Source: Gracilinanus agilis (Eukaryota). From it: DNA of 63,857 nucleotides. The stretch covers positions 226,906,238 through 226,970,094 of the forward strand of contig NC_058135.1 of the NCBI RefSeq assembly GCF_016433145.1. Reading direction: 5' to 3'. The notes beneath the pieces are model-generated. The model searched no databases. It was given only the letters and a program-made list of their open reading frames with translations, and was not told the origin of the DNA. Below, one piece after another: positions 29,240 through 43,457 of the stretch (its first letter is position 1; each line of letters begins with the position of its first letter). A program made the position numbers and the translations under genes.

Positions 29240-32200
29240 CTAGGTAGTTTTTCATCCTTTTGACCCTCTTAATTCCCCATAGGGCTGTTCAGGACCTTAT
29301 CTACTTAAGCTCACGATCCTCACATGCATCCCTCCACTCAGTAAATGATCTTACCTCCTATATCCCAGAGAAGATGGAAACCATCCAGTGGGAGCCCCCT
29401 GAGCTGATTTTGTCTCCCTGAGCTCGTCTTCATCTAAAAATGCCGCTTTCATCCCCACATTTATCCTTTTTCCTGTCTCAGAAGTATGAGTGCCTCTCTG
29501 TCAGGGCTAACCTGTGCTTCATCTTGAAACTTCTTCCCACATTTATCTCCTCCCTTAACAATTTCATGCTCTCTTCTTCCATTGGCTTCATCCCCTTTGC
29601 TAACACATTTCAATTCTCTGCCAGTCTTGCTACTTCTCATGTGGCATACAACTCTCTTTATCCTCACTAGAATTTGATTGTCCTCTGATCACTGGCCTGG
29701 AAGTGTGGGAAGCTACATTTGTGTCTCATTGCTGACACTGGAAAAGGCCTGATTCATCATTTGCTTCTGTCTTCCTCTTTGTCCCAATTGCCATCACCTC
29801 AGTTCAGACTCTAATCATTTTATCAGATTTTTTTAAGTGGTCTATGATGCCTCTAGTCTTTCCTCCAGCCAGAGTTACCTTTCAAAGGTACAGCTTTGAC
29901 CACAACACTTTGCAATTTACCATACCTACAGGATAGAGTAGGACCCTACAAAATCTTGCACCAAAGCCCTTTTCCAAATGTATCTCACTTCCAGATTTAA
30001 ACTTGGTCTCTGACATTTACTGGTGATGTGATGGTGAACTTATGATGTGATGGTGAACTTATTTAATCTTTCTGCCTCAGTTTCTTCATTTGTAAATTGA
30101 GAATAATGCTTATACTTCCTAGTATACAAGACTGACTTGAGGAAAGTGCTTTGTTTTGAACTCTTACTTTTTGTCTTAGAATCAATATCTGTTTCAAGGC
30201 AGAAGAATAATAAGGGCTAGGCAATAGGGGTTAAGTGACTTGCCCAGGGTCACACAGCTAGGGAGCATCTGAGATCAGATCTTAATCTTGTATCTCCAGT
30301 CTCCAGGCCTGGTTCTCTATCTATGAGCCACCTAGTTGCCTCTGAGGAAAACCCTTTGTAATTCTTAAATTGCTATAGGAATGTGAACTTAACTCACAAA
30401 TGAGTAGCCACTGTTTCTACTTCCTCAACATCTTTTGAGTGCTAAAACTTTTGTAATCTGGCTCCCATCCTGCCTATCCTCCCCAGTCTGTGAAACAGCT
30501 CCCTAAAAGCTACCTCCTAAAGGCTTCTCTCTCTTTAACCTTTCACTAGCCTGTTTTTCCCCTACTTCAAAAAAGTATTACTTTTTCAATCACCTTCATT
30601 CCCAAACACATCTCTCTTCCCCTCCTCCCTAGTGAATCATTCCTTAAATGATCATACCAATTGCATCAGATAATACATTCAGTGTTCACTTCTTGGGGGG
30701 AGGGGGAGAAGAAAAGTTACATTTTTTCACCCATTTCCTGCTGCCAAATTGGGTCATTATAATTACATGGTATTTGATTTCTTTTTTGTTCCTTTCATTC
30801 ATATTGAAGACATCATGTATATTCTTTACCTGGTTGTACATATTTTATCCTCTATCAGTATTTATGTTCCAGCTTCTCTGAATTCTTGTTTCTCACCCTG
30901 CATTGCTTTCAGGTTCGGCTGTTCCCCAACTGACAGACATCTTCCATGCCTTCTTTTTTGTTCCCACAAAAAGGACTATGAATCTGGTGAATATGTCTTT
31001 GACCTCCTTGGGATAGACACCTTTCAAGGGAATCCTTGAATCAAAGGGAATAGATATTTTAGTTGCTTTTTTAAAACTGGGTTTCAGATTGCTTTCCAGA
31101 ATGGTTAGAAGCAATTCATATCTCCACCATGTATTGATGTGTGCCTGTCTTTCCATTTCCCCTCCATCATTGCCTATTGCCACTTTCTGTCATCTTTGCC
31201 AGTTTGCAGCCACGTAAGAAAATGTTATATTGATACTGTTCTCACTAACCCTTCCCCACCACTACCAATAGAGTCTAATGACTCAGAATGATCGAACAAA
31301 ACAAATCAACACTTATGTCTGCAAATGCATGGCTTATTATGGATCTCTAGTCACTTCTCTCCCAAGAGACAGAAGGCATGGTTTACCATCCATCTTTGGA
31401 AGTTAGGCTTCATCATTTCATTGATTATATCAATGAAGGCTTTTAATGTTTTCTGTTAGTGGTTTTGGACTCTGTTTACCTACCTACTCTTTGAAATCTT
31501 ACTTTTCCAAGTATTTCACCTAGTTTTCCTCCTACTTTTATGAATGTTCCTATTATGCCTAACCCTCATCTTTTCTCTCTGTCTACTCCCAGATCTTATC
31601 CAGTCACCTGGGTTTAACTATATCTCTGGGCTAATGACGTTGAACCTCTCTTCTTGGTTCCATATCTATATTTCCAACTGCCTGTTGGATATCTTTGCCT
31701 GGTTGTCCCTTTGGCACCTCAAACTTGGCTGAACTCGCAGCTTCCACCCTCCAAATTCTCTCCATGCTTCCAATTTCCTAATTTATCTACTATTTACTGG
31801 GCTCAAAACTTCAGCGTCTCAGTTTTTTTTCTCCTACTTCTATTGTCGATGTGGCATCTTTTCCTTAAAAATTATTCTCAGATTTGGTCTTTCCAGCTAT
31901 ATAGCTAACACCCTTCTAAGTCTTTCTCTTCCCCCACCAACTCTCTTTCTCTCATCCTTTCTTGAACTATTGTTAACAACCCCTTCCAGATGGTTTTCCT
32001 GCTCCTAATCTCCTCTCCCCCACCCCCAACACATCTTGAAACATGATTTCATCAAAAACCACCAACGGCTCCCTAAACTGCCAACAAAGCTTGGGATTCG
32101 AGGTTCTGACTGTCTGACCTGTTCCTGCCTTTCTAGATTTGCCTCCATGATTCTCCTCTGTGCTACTTCTACCCTATCAAAAGAGATCATATTTAAAAAG

Positions 32201-32250
32201 TGCTTAGCTCCATGTCTGGCACATAGTAGGCACTTAATGTTTATTTCTAC
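29240..32250 (+). mobile_element. Cluster of decayed L2 fragments with inserted SINEs
   Basis: Pyrimidine-rich L2-like body; L2 3' tail ctggcacatagtaggcacttaatgtttatt at ~32217-32246; minus-strand SINE at ~30060-30340. Boundaries approximate. Confidence 0.5.
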
Positions 32251-32554
32251 CCCTCTTCTACCTTGCCTGCTCTTCTCTTTAGTCCCTGCATACTTCATGC
32301 AGACAGTGAATGGTATTGATGAGATGAGCTCATGAGCAGTCATGTGATGCTTTATAGTCCCTAAAGCACTGTTTCACTGCCCTGCCTTATGAAGAAGGGG
32401 GCGTAAGTATGACTCCACTCCTTGACACATGTGTGATATCACTTTTGACATTGTCTATACAGATTGCAAAGATTTCAACATCTTAAAAGCTTGAACGGTT
32501 TTCTGATTTCTGTGGTTCCCCAAATCATAACCTGAAGTCCACCCTCTGGTGTTG

Positions 32555-32730
32555 AACCTCCAGGGACTTTACAATTTATTTACAATTAGGAAGGTTAAAG
32601 GTATGGAAATTGAGAGAAACTCTGGCTGGGACCAGAGGCCCAAACCAGGTAAGAATTTAGAGGCCCAGCAGAGGGGCACAGAGGTTAATTAAACAAGGCT
32701 TCTAGCCACAAGGCCTCCTCCAATAAGAGA
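32555..32730 (-). mobile_element. LTR fragment related to the 61921-62640 LTR
   Basis: tttatttacaattaggaagg...gttaattaaacaaggcttctag..a..aggcctcctc matches ~62044-62210. Confidence 0.6.
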
Positions 32731-32915
32731 GTTCCCAAACTTTTTTGGCCTACCACCCCCTTTCCAGAAAAAATATTACTTAGCACCTCCTGTCACATAC
32801 TATCACCACCCCTTTACAGTTATTCACCACCCCCAAATGTACCTGTGGCCATCACCGTGCCCCTGTATCAATGCAGCACCCAACGGGGTGGTGGCACCCA
32901 CTTTGGGAATCACTG
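32731..32915. mobile_element. Second copy of the same hAT MITE, left end clipped
   Basis: Shares ccaaacttttttggcctacc.ccccctttccagaaaaaatattacttagcacc and ends ctttgggaatcactg. Confidence 0.75.
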
Positions 32916-34559
32916 CTCCAGGCATTCAGCTAAGCTGGTCAGTAGCAAACTTGTCTAAAAGTGGTTCATCAAAATCCCATTAGTTGAATGTGATAGGAAA
33001 ATCAATGTTCCGTGCCCATTGTCCCTCATTTGTTTTGTTGGGGACATATGTAGTATCTTTCCAATTTAGTAAGACCTATCAGAGTTCTCTGTCTTTTGAG
33101 AATCCAAAGTTACTTCCACATAAAAAAAAATTCCAATTAGCCTTAGTAAAAAAGTTAAGATCAATCAAATATTAAGTCCCTATTATATTCCAGGCCCTGT
33201 AGACACTCATACAATTTGTATGTATGTTTACCAAACAAATATGAAGCTGATACAAGGTAATCTTGGAAAGGTCTAGCAAATGAAAAGAATCAGGAAAGGC
33301 CTTATATAGAAGGTGGCATCTGAGCTGAGGAAATGAGGGATCCCCAAATGCAACTGTGGGAAGGGTAAGCAGCACTGTAGGCATGGAATATCCAATGCAA
33401 AGGCCTGGCGATGGAAAATGGAGTATATGAGGAATAGCAAGAAAGTCATATAGTTGTATTACAGATTGCTTGGAGAAGAGTAATCTGTAATGAGTTTGAA
33501 AAGGAGAGTTTAAAGTGTCCCTAAGAGATGTAAAGAATGAAATTTTCCATGGGCAGTATTTCTTAAATTTAATTTAATTAGTTGACCATTCAAGACAATC
33601 TAAACTGGCCAGTCCATAATCCAATTGAAGAGAATAAGCTGAACAGAAGAAAGCTTAGCAAAAGAGCCTAAGAAGCCAGAAGAGAGAGCCCCAGGAACCT
33701 TCTAGAGCACCCCAATAAATGCCCTTTGGGACCTCATCAATCAATCCCTCCCCTAGACATCCCAAGACATCTCTGAATGGTAAAAAGCCACTGAGAAAGT
33801 GGCTTCATTACTTCTTCATAGGAAGAGGCAGGTCTTAAGGACACCAACAGGCCCTCTCCTCCCTGCCACTATAATCCAAAATGGCAGCTAGAGCTTTTTG
33901 ATTTACGTGTGTCAAATGGCTGCTTGTCCCTGCTCTAAATCCTGTTATTCTTTTTAGGATATAAACAAAAAAAAGGAGGACCCCACCCAATTTCATAGTC
34001 TGGGATAGAAGCTTTTTCAGTCTTAAAATCAAACTGTTGTTGGGGTGGGTGGGGAGGCTAAAGGAGAAATTATTTCACAATTCAGTGTTAATTTCCACAG
34101 AGGTCAAGACTCCAGTCAGACAATGGAATTGAAAAAAAAACTATTTCCTACTAAAAAGGTACAGGGACATGGACATGAACATGGTCATGGAAAAATTGAA
34201 TTCACTAAATGGGTAGAAGATAGAAGGAACACACTCCAATGAATCCAAACGTTGTCTAGGCAAGAGGATTCACAGGAGGTCAAAACGAAGCTTGGATATA
34301 TATATATAGGTCATTGTTGGGAAACTAATTCTTTCTTGCTTTGAGGTTTCAAATGAGGTTTTAAGTGCATTTTTATTATATATCCTAATTGTCCCCAAAA
34401 TGTTGAGAAACATGCTTCTAAGTACTCATGTGAAGACCTAGAAGAATATCTAATTTCTTAGAGAAGTTCTATATTTGCTTGTTTTCCCTTAATAAGATTG
34501 CTTTGATATTTTTACATGGCAAGAGAAAAAAATGGAGGCCGGAAAGGTATAATGTCAAG

Positions 34560-35400
34560 ATCTAAAAAGGTTTTAAATGCCAAAGAAAGGAGGTGATGTT
34601 AAGCTACTGCAGTTTGTTGAATATGTGTATCACAGGAAAAAAATCACTTTGGCAATTATATTGAAGGTAGGACTAGATAGAGTACAGAGAAACCAAGCAG
34701 GAAGTTATTTCCATAATTTGGCAAGAGGAGATAAGGATTTGAATGAGGGTGATGGATGTTCGAGTGGAGCAAAAGGAACATATGGGAGATGTTATTAGAG
34801 ATTTGGCAAATGAATGGATATGTGAGGTAAAAGACAGTAAAAAGATTTTGAAATCGGGTGACTAGAAGAATAATGATAAACTACAGTAATTGGGAAGTTT
34901 GGAAAGGAGGTTAGCTAAAGGGATAGATGAAATTCTTTTTTGCCTTGTGGTACTTTGAGTTTGTGATGTGTATGTATAAAATTCCAAATGTTGAATAAGT
35001 AGCTAGTGCTGCAGGTCTAGGGCTCGGGAGAAATATTGGGACTAGATGGATAAATCTGGGAGTCCATTGCAAAAATAAGACTGAACGCATTAGACTCATG
35101 GGAGCTGAAGATGTTGCCAAAGGTGGGCAGATAAAGAGAGAGAGGAGCCCAGGGCAACACCTTGAGATAAGCCCAATGTTGGAGTTCTGCAGCCTAGTTA
35201 GCAAATGAGATTTAGAAGGATAGTTGAGGGAGAGGAGAACCAAGAGAACATTGCCAAAAAAAGCTGGAGAGGAAAGAGTATCTTGGAAGATAAGTCCTAG
35301 ATAAAGATGAAGAAGGTTGAGGATTGAGAAAAGAGCAATAGATATGACAGTTCAGACATCACTGGTACTGAATGCTGGGAATTTAATAAACAAGCTTGGC
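34560..35400 (-). mobile_element. Decayed L2 fragment
   Basis: Purine-rich L2-like sequence (gtttgtgatg, gcactagatggataaatctgggagtcc, catgggagctga) resembling 56100-56460. Confidence 0.5.
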
Positions 35401-35459
35401 CCTAAAGAATATATGTGAGAAGATGCCTCCCCCAGGTGATGTTAAAAAAAATCATTTTA

Positions 35460-35670
35460 GGGGACAGCTAGGTGACTCAGAGGTTAGAAAGCCAGGCCTG
35501 AAGATGGAAGATTCTGGGTTTAAATCTATCCTAAGATGCTTCCTAGCTGTGTGACCCTGGACAAATCATTTAACTCCCATTGCCTAGCCATTACAGCTCT
35601 TCTACCTTAGAATCAGAACATTGAAACTGGTTGCAAATGATTCTAAGATGATAGGTTTTTTGGTTTTTTT
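35460..35670 (+). mobile_element. Core-SINE
   Basis: gggacagctaggtgactcag...cctagctgtgtgaccctggacaaatcatttaac. Confidence 0.75.
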
Positions 35671-36774
35671 TTTAATCTTGTTTTAAACTAGGCTAAATTA
35701 CACAAATAAGAGATGCCTGGCAACTTTATATTTTGATAAATGAGTCAAGGTCTTTAGATGAGAAGAGGGACAGCGCTATGGGAGGTTTGAGAATATTTGG
35801 AACACTGGTGAATAGGATAGAGAATCACATAGGGAAAAGTAAAAAGATTGCCTTGCTACGTTTAGAAAGCAATTGAGATTAGATGTAATGGACACAATCG
35901 GCACTGTTGCATGATTTTATCCTTCTCGGTTCAGAGAAGGAGCAGAGGTAGCTCCATCATGAGGAATAATCCAGCCTTAGGGCTTGGCTTGGAAGGCATG
36001 AGCAACAGAAGAAATGGAGTAGGAATTCAAGAGGATAACAAATTGGAACAGTTCCCCAAGGACGAGGGTATTGAGAAGGGAGGAGGTCATAGCAAGAGTA
36101 TGGGTGATGGCCCAGTAAAGTACTGAGGAGTGATGGTGAAGAATTATCCCTATTTTATAAGTAACAAAATAGACTCTGGCTCAAAATCACAAATGTAGCT
36201 AGTGGCATAGTTGAGGCTCACATGCAGGCCTGATTTCCAATGCACTAGTCTTTCTACATCTCTTGTATCTTTGTTCATGTGATCCTCCAGTTTTAGGTGG
36301 CAGCTAGCTGGCACAGTGAAGAGGGTACTGAATCTGAAGTCAAGAAGACAAATTCAAATCCTACATCAGACAGACACTTCCTATCTATGTGACCCTTGTG
36401 CTAGGGTTTTGTTTTTGCCTTTTTTGCCTTGGTTTCCTCAACCGTAAAATGGGTCTAATAGCAGCATATATATAAAGATAAAAACGAGATATTTGCAGTA
36501 CTTTGCAGAATGCTGGCCACTGTAACTACTAACATTAACTTTGTGCCTGTCTTGTCTTCCCAAGTGTTTTTTTAAGATTCTTGAAGACATGGCATGGATT
36601 TTTTTCTGTGCTCAGCTTAGGGCTGGACACATAGTAGATACTCAGTAATTCTTTGAATGGTATGTGTAAGGGATAGTATATCTGTTTATTACGTCTGTGA
36701 GTGTGCATGTGTCTCTGAATTTGGGAACATATGCTTGCAAATGTGGGTTTGTTAGTCTGTTAGTATCTGCCCAC

Positions 36775-36776
<2 letters not shown>

Positions 36777-36810
<34 letters not shown>
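36777..36810. repeat. (TG)n microsatellite
   Basis: Pure TG run seen directly. Confidence 0.95.
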
Positions 36811-36813
<3 letters not shown>

Positions 36814-37045
36814 GTGGGGTGCCTTTGAGTGTGTATGAGTTTATGGATATGTCAACTATGTATGTTAGTATGCAGTGAATGGGTGTAGTGTTGTCTGTGT
36901 GTGGCTGACATTCATACAACATATTGGTATTGTCTCTGTGTGTGGTATGTCTGGGTCTGGGATGTGCATGCGTTTGTGTGTCAAGTTTCTGTGCAATTCG
37001 TCCATAAGGGGCAGGAAAAGATTTTACAGTATGTCTGGGTGTGGG

Positions 37046-37047
<2 letters not shown>

Positions 37048-37103
<56 letters not shown>
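37048..37103. repeat. (TG)n microsatellite
   Basis: Pure TG run seen directly. Confidence 0.95.
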
Positions 37104-37105
<2 letters not shown>

Positions 37106-37939
37106 AGGGGGGTTCTCAGTGTCTCTATAGGGTGTGCCTATCCATGTGTGTGTGGTGTCTGTCTGCTGTGTGCCCTCTGTCCCTTCATCTCCTCCCCACC
37201 CCCTTCAGCATCTGCTCTGCATTAGCTTGTCCCAGGCCTTGGCAGGCGCCAATGATTAAATCACCATCATTAAGCCGGGCCTGCCCCCCAGCAGCAGGGG
37301 GATGGGGGATCACTGCCAGCCCCCCAGGAGCCCCTCCCCTCAGAGGTGCCCGGAGAGACTTCCAAAGACACTCCCCAAGAGACTATGAGATTCCCTCAGA
37401 GAGAAGAGATCTGTTACTGAGGGGGCTGGAATGGAGAAAAGGAGGGAGGGTAGTTTGCAGATGGGGGAAACAAAAGGGAACAACCTAAAGGGAAAACGCT
37501 GAGATATATCGCTGATGAGAAAGAGAACAAGAGGGTGTGATACCTAGGGGCAGAACAATGGGGTGGGTCACTGAGGGGAGCCATTACTAGTGAAGGGGGT
37601 ATCACTAATGGGGCAAATAACTGAGGGGGGAAACGAGATGAGGCCCAGAAGGCAACGCACCGAGGAGAAACAATCGCTTAGGGAGAAGCCCTGGGTAGTG
37701 ATCCACATGCATGCAGTCCCAAATTGAATTGTGTTATCACCCTAACGGTTAGGACAGTTTATTTTCTTGTTTTGCCTTTATCGCCCCCACCCTGCTTAGG
37801 ACAGTGCCTAGCACTTCGTCGGCGCTTAATAAATGCTTATTGATTCGAACTAGAGGAAATCTCCAGCAGATAGGCAGCATCAGAGGTGGGAGGGAGGGGG
37901 TCTCTGAGACCCCCTAGCGTGGCTACTGGAGGTGGGGGT

Positions 37940-38525
37940 CACATGAGAAGATCGTTATAGGGGCGATGCTGCAGCGAGCAGAGGAGGGGTAGGGGTTGGT
38001 CCGCCAGGGAATCCGGAGAGGACGGACACGGGACTACGACTACGCCCCGCGCGTCAAGGATTTGGCCGCGGGAGAGCTCAATCTCCGGCCACGGAGGGCC
38101 CTGTTTTCGGGAGCAGACGTTCGCCAGGCGCCCTACTCGTCCCGCGCTAGACTCGGCTAGGCTGGGGAGGATCCTCGGGGGGGAGCTGCTGGAAGAGACG
38201 CGGGTGCCCTTCTTCCCGGCCGCGGCAGCCTCCGGAAGACGTAGGCACCGCGGCATCCGCGGGGTCTGGCCCAGGGATGCGCGGCCTCGGCCTCTCTAGG
38301 GTAACGGGGCAGCTCGAAGCCCCCTCGGCAGCTCTGACGCCGAGCGAGGCGGGGTTAGGGGCGGGCCGAACTCAGGTGAGCACACGGGAGAGAGGGGTGG
38401 GGAACAGTGGGGCGGAGTACTGGGCGGGGCAACCAATCAGAAAAGGCCTAGGCCCCCTGTTGCCGGGAGACAGGCCCCGCCCAGCAGGCGGCACCGGAAG
38501 TGGCTGGCCGGGCTCAGCCTTTAAG
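37940..38525 (+). promoter_or_regulatory. PCGF1 CpG-island promoter
   Basis: CpG-rich, GC boxes (ggggcggag, gggcggggc), CCAAT (aaccaatcag ~38431), ETS-like ccggaagt, AAGATGGCG (YY1-like) over the ATG. Confidence 0.7.
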
Positions 38526-41113
38526 ATGGCGTCTCCTCAGGGGGGCCCGATGGCGATCGCGATGCGGCTGCGGAACCAACTTCAGTCGGTGTACAAGATG
38601 GACCCGCTGCGGAACGAGGTACGGAGACGGCAGGCTGGAGATGCCAGGCAGCGGGGAGAACCGAGGCCCTGAGGCCAGTGGGCTGCTGGGCAGCTGGCCC
38701 GATGCCCAATGCGCTTGCGCTGCGCCTGGGTACTGGATGCGCGTGCGTGGTGTTTGGAGAGGGGGGCGACCCCCGAGTATAACGCATGCGCTCCGCGACC
38801 CCCTCCCTCGCCCCCCTCCTTACGCCGAGAGCTCCGGTTGAGTGGCGAGCCCCCTGCTGGGCGGAGATGGGGGGCCCAGGGGTGGTGGTGGGGGAGGCAT
38901 AGCCCGGGTGTGGAGCACTCGCCCATCTAAGGGTCGGACGGGGTAGCAGGGAGGGGGCCGGTAACACAAAGAGGTTTTCGTTGGACTGTCCTACGTCGGG
39001 TGTCAGGGTGGACACTTAGAAAGTCAGTGATGGTCAGTTTGGCTGCAGGAGGAAGTCCGAGTGAAGATCAAGGACTTGAACGAACACATCGTCTGCTGTC
39101 TGTGCGCCGGCTATTTTGTGGATGCCACGACCATCACGGAGTGTCTGCACACCTGTGAGGGTCCTCCCCACCCACTAGCCCACCCCACTCTGTGCCCTTC
39201 ATGAGGGAGGGCAGCCCAGGGAACCCTGGATGGAGCTCCCTTTGGGGGGATCCTTCTTCCCGTATCCCTTACCAAGGACAAGGAGGGAGGGCAGGAGGAA
39301 GGCTGCAAAGTATATGACATCTCTCCCTCTATATAGTCTGTAAGAGTTGCATAGTGAAGTACCTGCAGACCAGCAAATACTGTCCGATGTGCAACATAAA
39401 AATTCACGAAACCCAACCGCTGCTCAACCTCAAACTTGACCGGGTCATGCAGGACATCGTGTACAAGCTGGTACCCGGCCTTCAGGACAGTGAGTGTCCT
39501 CTTCCCCACCCACCCCCTGCCCTCAGGGCAGTGAAAAAGCCCCCAGAAAAGCCAGGCATCCAACTTCACTGCCTAAATTTACCACTTAAAGCTTGGGCAA
39601 GTTTTGTTCCCACCCTGGGCCTCAGTTTCCCTCTCAGAGAAAAATGAGGGAGGTAGGCTAAATTTCTAAAGAGCCTTCCAGCTCTGACTTTTTATGACTC
39701 GAGAGCCAGCAGGACAGTGACAAATTTCATTTCCACTAGGATGTAAGTGCACATGTGAGGTTAGGCTATGAAGGATTAGGGGTAGTGACTAGGAATAGAG
39801 ACTAAGGGTCTAACATGAATATCTGACACTCCCCTCCACTCAGGTGAGGAGAAAAGGATCCGGGAATTCTATCAGTCACGAGGCCTGGACCGAGTCACCC
39901 AACCCACTGGGGAAGGTGAGTATAGCCTCAGGAAAGGAAACCATCTCTTTCCCCAGCGTTTTCCATTTTTCCATCTCACATCTCACTCCCTTGTGATAGT
40001 CACCGTGTCTCTCCTAGAACCAGCCCCGGGTACCCTTGGCCTCCCCTACAACAGCTTTGACCATTCAAAAGCCCACTATTATCGTTACGATGAGCAGCTC
40101 AGCTTATGCCTAGAAAAACTAAGGTGAGGGGTGTGATTGGGGGGAGGGGGCATGGAAATGATGGTCTATCCCAAGTTTAGTGCAGAGTCGGGAGGGGGAA
40201 GGAAACCAGCTGATCTCCTCTATAAACAAAGATCTGAAGGAGAGGGGAAGCAGGGCCTGTAGTAAAAAAATGCCTAACCATTGTCTTTGTTCCCCCTTCT
40301 CCACAACAGCTCTGGCAAAGACAAAAATAAAAGCATTTTACAGGTAAGAGGGCTGAGGTGTGGAGCTCTCCCATCTTCCCATCCAAATAACCTAATAACA
40401 CCTCAATTGCACTTATGTAATAATAGTAGCTCTCACATCTAAAGCACTTTAAGGTTTGCAAACTAAACTACAAAGTAATCCTGTAGAAGATTATATAGGT
40501 ATCATCCCCATTACTCAGATGAGGGCACTTGGGAAGGGTCAGGATTTGAACTTGAGAGTTCTTGACTTGGAGTCCGTTGTTTTTTCTCTGTCTTCCCTCC
40601 CTGTCCAGCACAAGTTCGTCCGTTGTTCTGTCCGAGCTGAGGTTCGACATCTCAGGAGGGTCCTGTGTAGAAGGCTGATGCTAAACCCCCAACATGTGAG
40701 TTATTCTTCTAGGAAGAAGCTGTAAAAAAGTAGGTTGAGGGAGGAAGGGCTGAGGGGCTACCTGTCCTAGAGTGACCGTGACCGGGTCTCCCCTCTCCTC
40801 CCTCCAGGTACAGCTCCTGTTTGACAATGAAGTTCTCCCAGATCACATGACTATGAAACAGATTTGGCTTTCTCGATGGTTTGGCAAGGTAGGGAAGAGA
40901 AGGTTTGGGGGCAGTGAGGGACTAGACTGGATTGGAGGTGGGGTTTTATATAGGAAGATATTGGTTTTAGCTAGGAGAAAAGGGTGGTTGTTGGTTCAGG
41001 GAAGGAGGCTAAGGATGAAGGAATGTCGATAGTGTGTAACGGCCCTTCCCTCTTCTCTTCACTAGCCTGCACCCCTGCTCCTGCATTACAGCGTAAAGGA
41101 AAAAAGGAGGTAG
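38526..41113 (+). CDS. PCGF1: Polycomb group RING finger 1
   Basis: Exons 38526-38618, 39049-39154, 39337-39489, 39844-39915, 40018-40123, 40310-40343, 40609-40695, 40808-40888, 41066-41113 (TAG). RING finger CCLCAGY...CLHTFCKSC...CPMC, RAWUL domain, C-terminus [14 protein letters not shown] at 41176-41181. Confidence 0.97.
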
Positions 41114-42529
41114 AAGCTGGCCTCCCTCCCCCACCCCAGATATTTATGTGAGACCCACAGCGGTTTTATTTTTGAAATAAAAGCTGAAAAAGCACCATTG
41201 GCTCCTTGAACTCTCCTTCTTCCCATCCCTTTCACCTCCTTGACTGACATGGCCTCTCTTTCCTTGCCTTCCCTTCCCTCCCTTTCTTTCCCCTGCCTAC
41301 CCACTCCATTCTCCCATTCATTATTCAGCAAATCTCAGTTACTTCTGCTGGACTGTGGGGAACTGAGTGGGCATCGAGGGATTGATGAGAGCCAACAAGC
41401 TGCCTTAGCAGGGCTGAGGGAAAATGGTGTGGAGAACTAAGGCCAGGGAGCAACCTCAAACACTCTCAGGGGAAAGTTAGAGTCTTGCAGGGTAGGGTGG
41501 GAAAGTGTCCAGGTGGGAGGACCCAAGGATATGACTGGAGAAGAGGAGGGGGTGAGCCCTTTGTCAGGAAGTTGGGGAGCCCAGTCTGACACCTCTGGAG
41601 AGCCATAGCCATCCCTTCCCCCATGCTCTTCAGAGAGGCTCCAACCTCTAGACGAGGATCTTCTTTGTGTCTTTCATCGGCAGGGGGGTGGGGGAAAGAT
41701 TTGGCCAAGCTCTTGCTTTGGCAGCTGTTCCCTCCCCACCGCCACTGATTCAGACCAGCTGTAGGGTCAGCTGGGCCCCCCATTCTACCAACCTCCTTTA
41801 TTCCCCTGCAACAAGTACCCCATGGTGTGTCTTCATCTCAGGACCTGTGGATGGGCCTTGTGCTCTGGGTCCCAGAGATCTCAGAACTCCTTTGGGGTCC
41901 AGGCTTGGTCAAAGGAATGGCAGAAAGAAAAGGGACCTGGAGCCCTCGCCACAGGCTCTGTACTACACTGTTCTCCCCTTTGTCTGGCCGGGTAGCTTCT
42001 TCTAGGAAGCTCGGGGAAAGATTGTAAGAAGAGAGCCCTGGTTGCCGTCTGTCCTCAGCTCTCTGCCTTCCCTCTCCCTCCCCCCCCCCAGCTGTTCCCA
42101 GCTGTCGGGGATGAAGGTGACTCCTCCCCTGCCCTTGCCCTCCCCCTGGTGTCCTCAGGAGACCAAAAAGTAAAAGCGTATGTAACACATATGGACACAT
42201 GCACTGTGTTGGGGAGAGAACCCTGGGAGAACCTGAAGCTGTGGGTCTTGGCTGTGTAGACCTTGTTCCAATCACTTCCTATTTTTCTAGGCCTCATTTT
42301 TCCCATAGATAATAGCCAAAAGTTAGTCCATTTAAGCTTCGCAAACTGTTTTAAGGGTTTCATTTGATCTCTACATCTCTACATCTCAAAACCGTGAAAG
42401 TACCCACCAGGGCACTTGGGGCTTATGCCAACATTTACAAACACAAAGAGCATAATGTTTCTAGGCCTCGGTTTTCTCCATTGCTCCAATGCTTCTGCCA
42501 GCATTCCCCCTACTTTCAAAAGAAATTTA

Positions 42530-42725
42530 GGGGTAGCTGGGTAGCTCAGTGGAGTGAGAGTCAGGCCTAGAGACAGGAGGTCCTAGGTTCAAACCCGGCC
42601 TCAGCCACTTCCCAGCTGTGTGACCCTGGGCAAGTCACTTGACCCCTATTGCCCACCCTTACCACTCTTCCACCTATGAGACAATACACCGAAGTACAAG
42701 GGTTTAAAAAAAAAAAAAAAGAAAT
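42530..42725 (+). mobile_element. Young tRNA-derived marsupial SINE (SINE1_Mdo/MAR1-like)
   Basis: ggggtagctgggtagctcagtgg (A box), ggttcaaacc (B box), core gtgtgaccctgggcaagtcactt, poly(A) tail. Highly similar to the copy at 56491. Confidence 0.85.
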
Positions 42726-43285
42726 ACCATCTGGATATCACTTTTAGGTTTACAAAAGAGCTAGTATACAGATTATTCTGGATTTTCTAGTGGGGAAATG
42801 GGTTCGAGAGAGGGAAGGTGATTTGTCACAGTGAGAGCTAGATCCAAATTTTCCTCCCGAGTCTGAGGGTTTTGTGCTATCTGTCTTTGGAAATATAGCG
42901 AAAAGGAGAGGGAAAGAACTGGGATGAGGAAACTGGACCAGGAGTGAGACTTTTCTAAGGCACATCTCCAATGAGTCTTGACCTTGATGTGAATTCTGTT
43001 TAACAATATCTGACATGAAGACAAATGAGAGCCTATCCGCCCTCCGATGGGTTTATCCCAAACTCCAGAGGAATATAGAAAAGTGACTAACTGGAGGTGG
43101 GCCCAAATTAGCTTAGGAATTATTGCCTGAGCTGCATTTGCAGAGGAGGCATGGTGACGACACACAGAAACTCGGTGATGATGGTAAGAGGCCTCTACAA
43201 GGTTGAGATGAGGCGATCAGTCTTCAGGAATACATTGGATCAGTGATGGTTTGCTCTGGATAACTGAGGTATAGTTGGGTTAAGC

Positions 43286-43457
43286 CAGTGGTTTCCAAAC
43301 TTTTTTGGCCTACCGCCCCCTTTCCAGAAAAAATATTACTTAGCACCCTGGAAATTAATTTTTTTAAATTTTAATAGCAATTAATAGAAAAGATAAATGC
43401 ACCTGTGGCCATCACCGCCTCCCTGGATTGCTGCTGCGCCCACTTTGGGAATCACTG
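43286..43457. mobile_element. hAT (Charlie-type) MITE
   Basis: Terminal inverted repeats cagtggtttcc / gggaatcactg; 8-bp TSD ggttaagc / ggttaagg (7/8 match, central TA). Confidence 0.8.

Noticed and set aside
37939-38256. 105-aa minus-strand ORF divergent from PCGF1
   Set aside because: Lies in the promoter CpG island, has no recognisable homology and is likely a GC-bias ORF.
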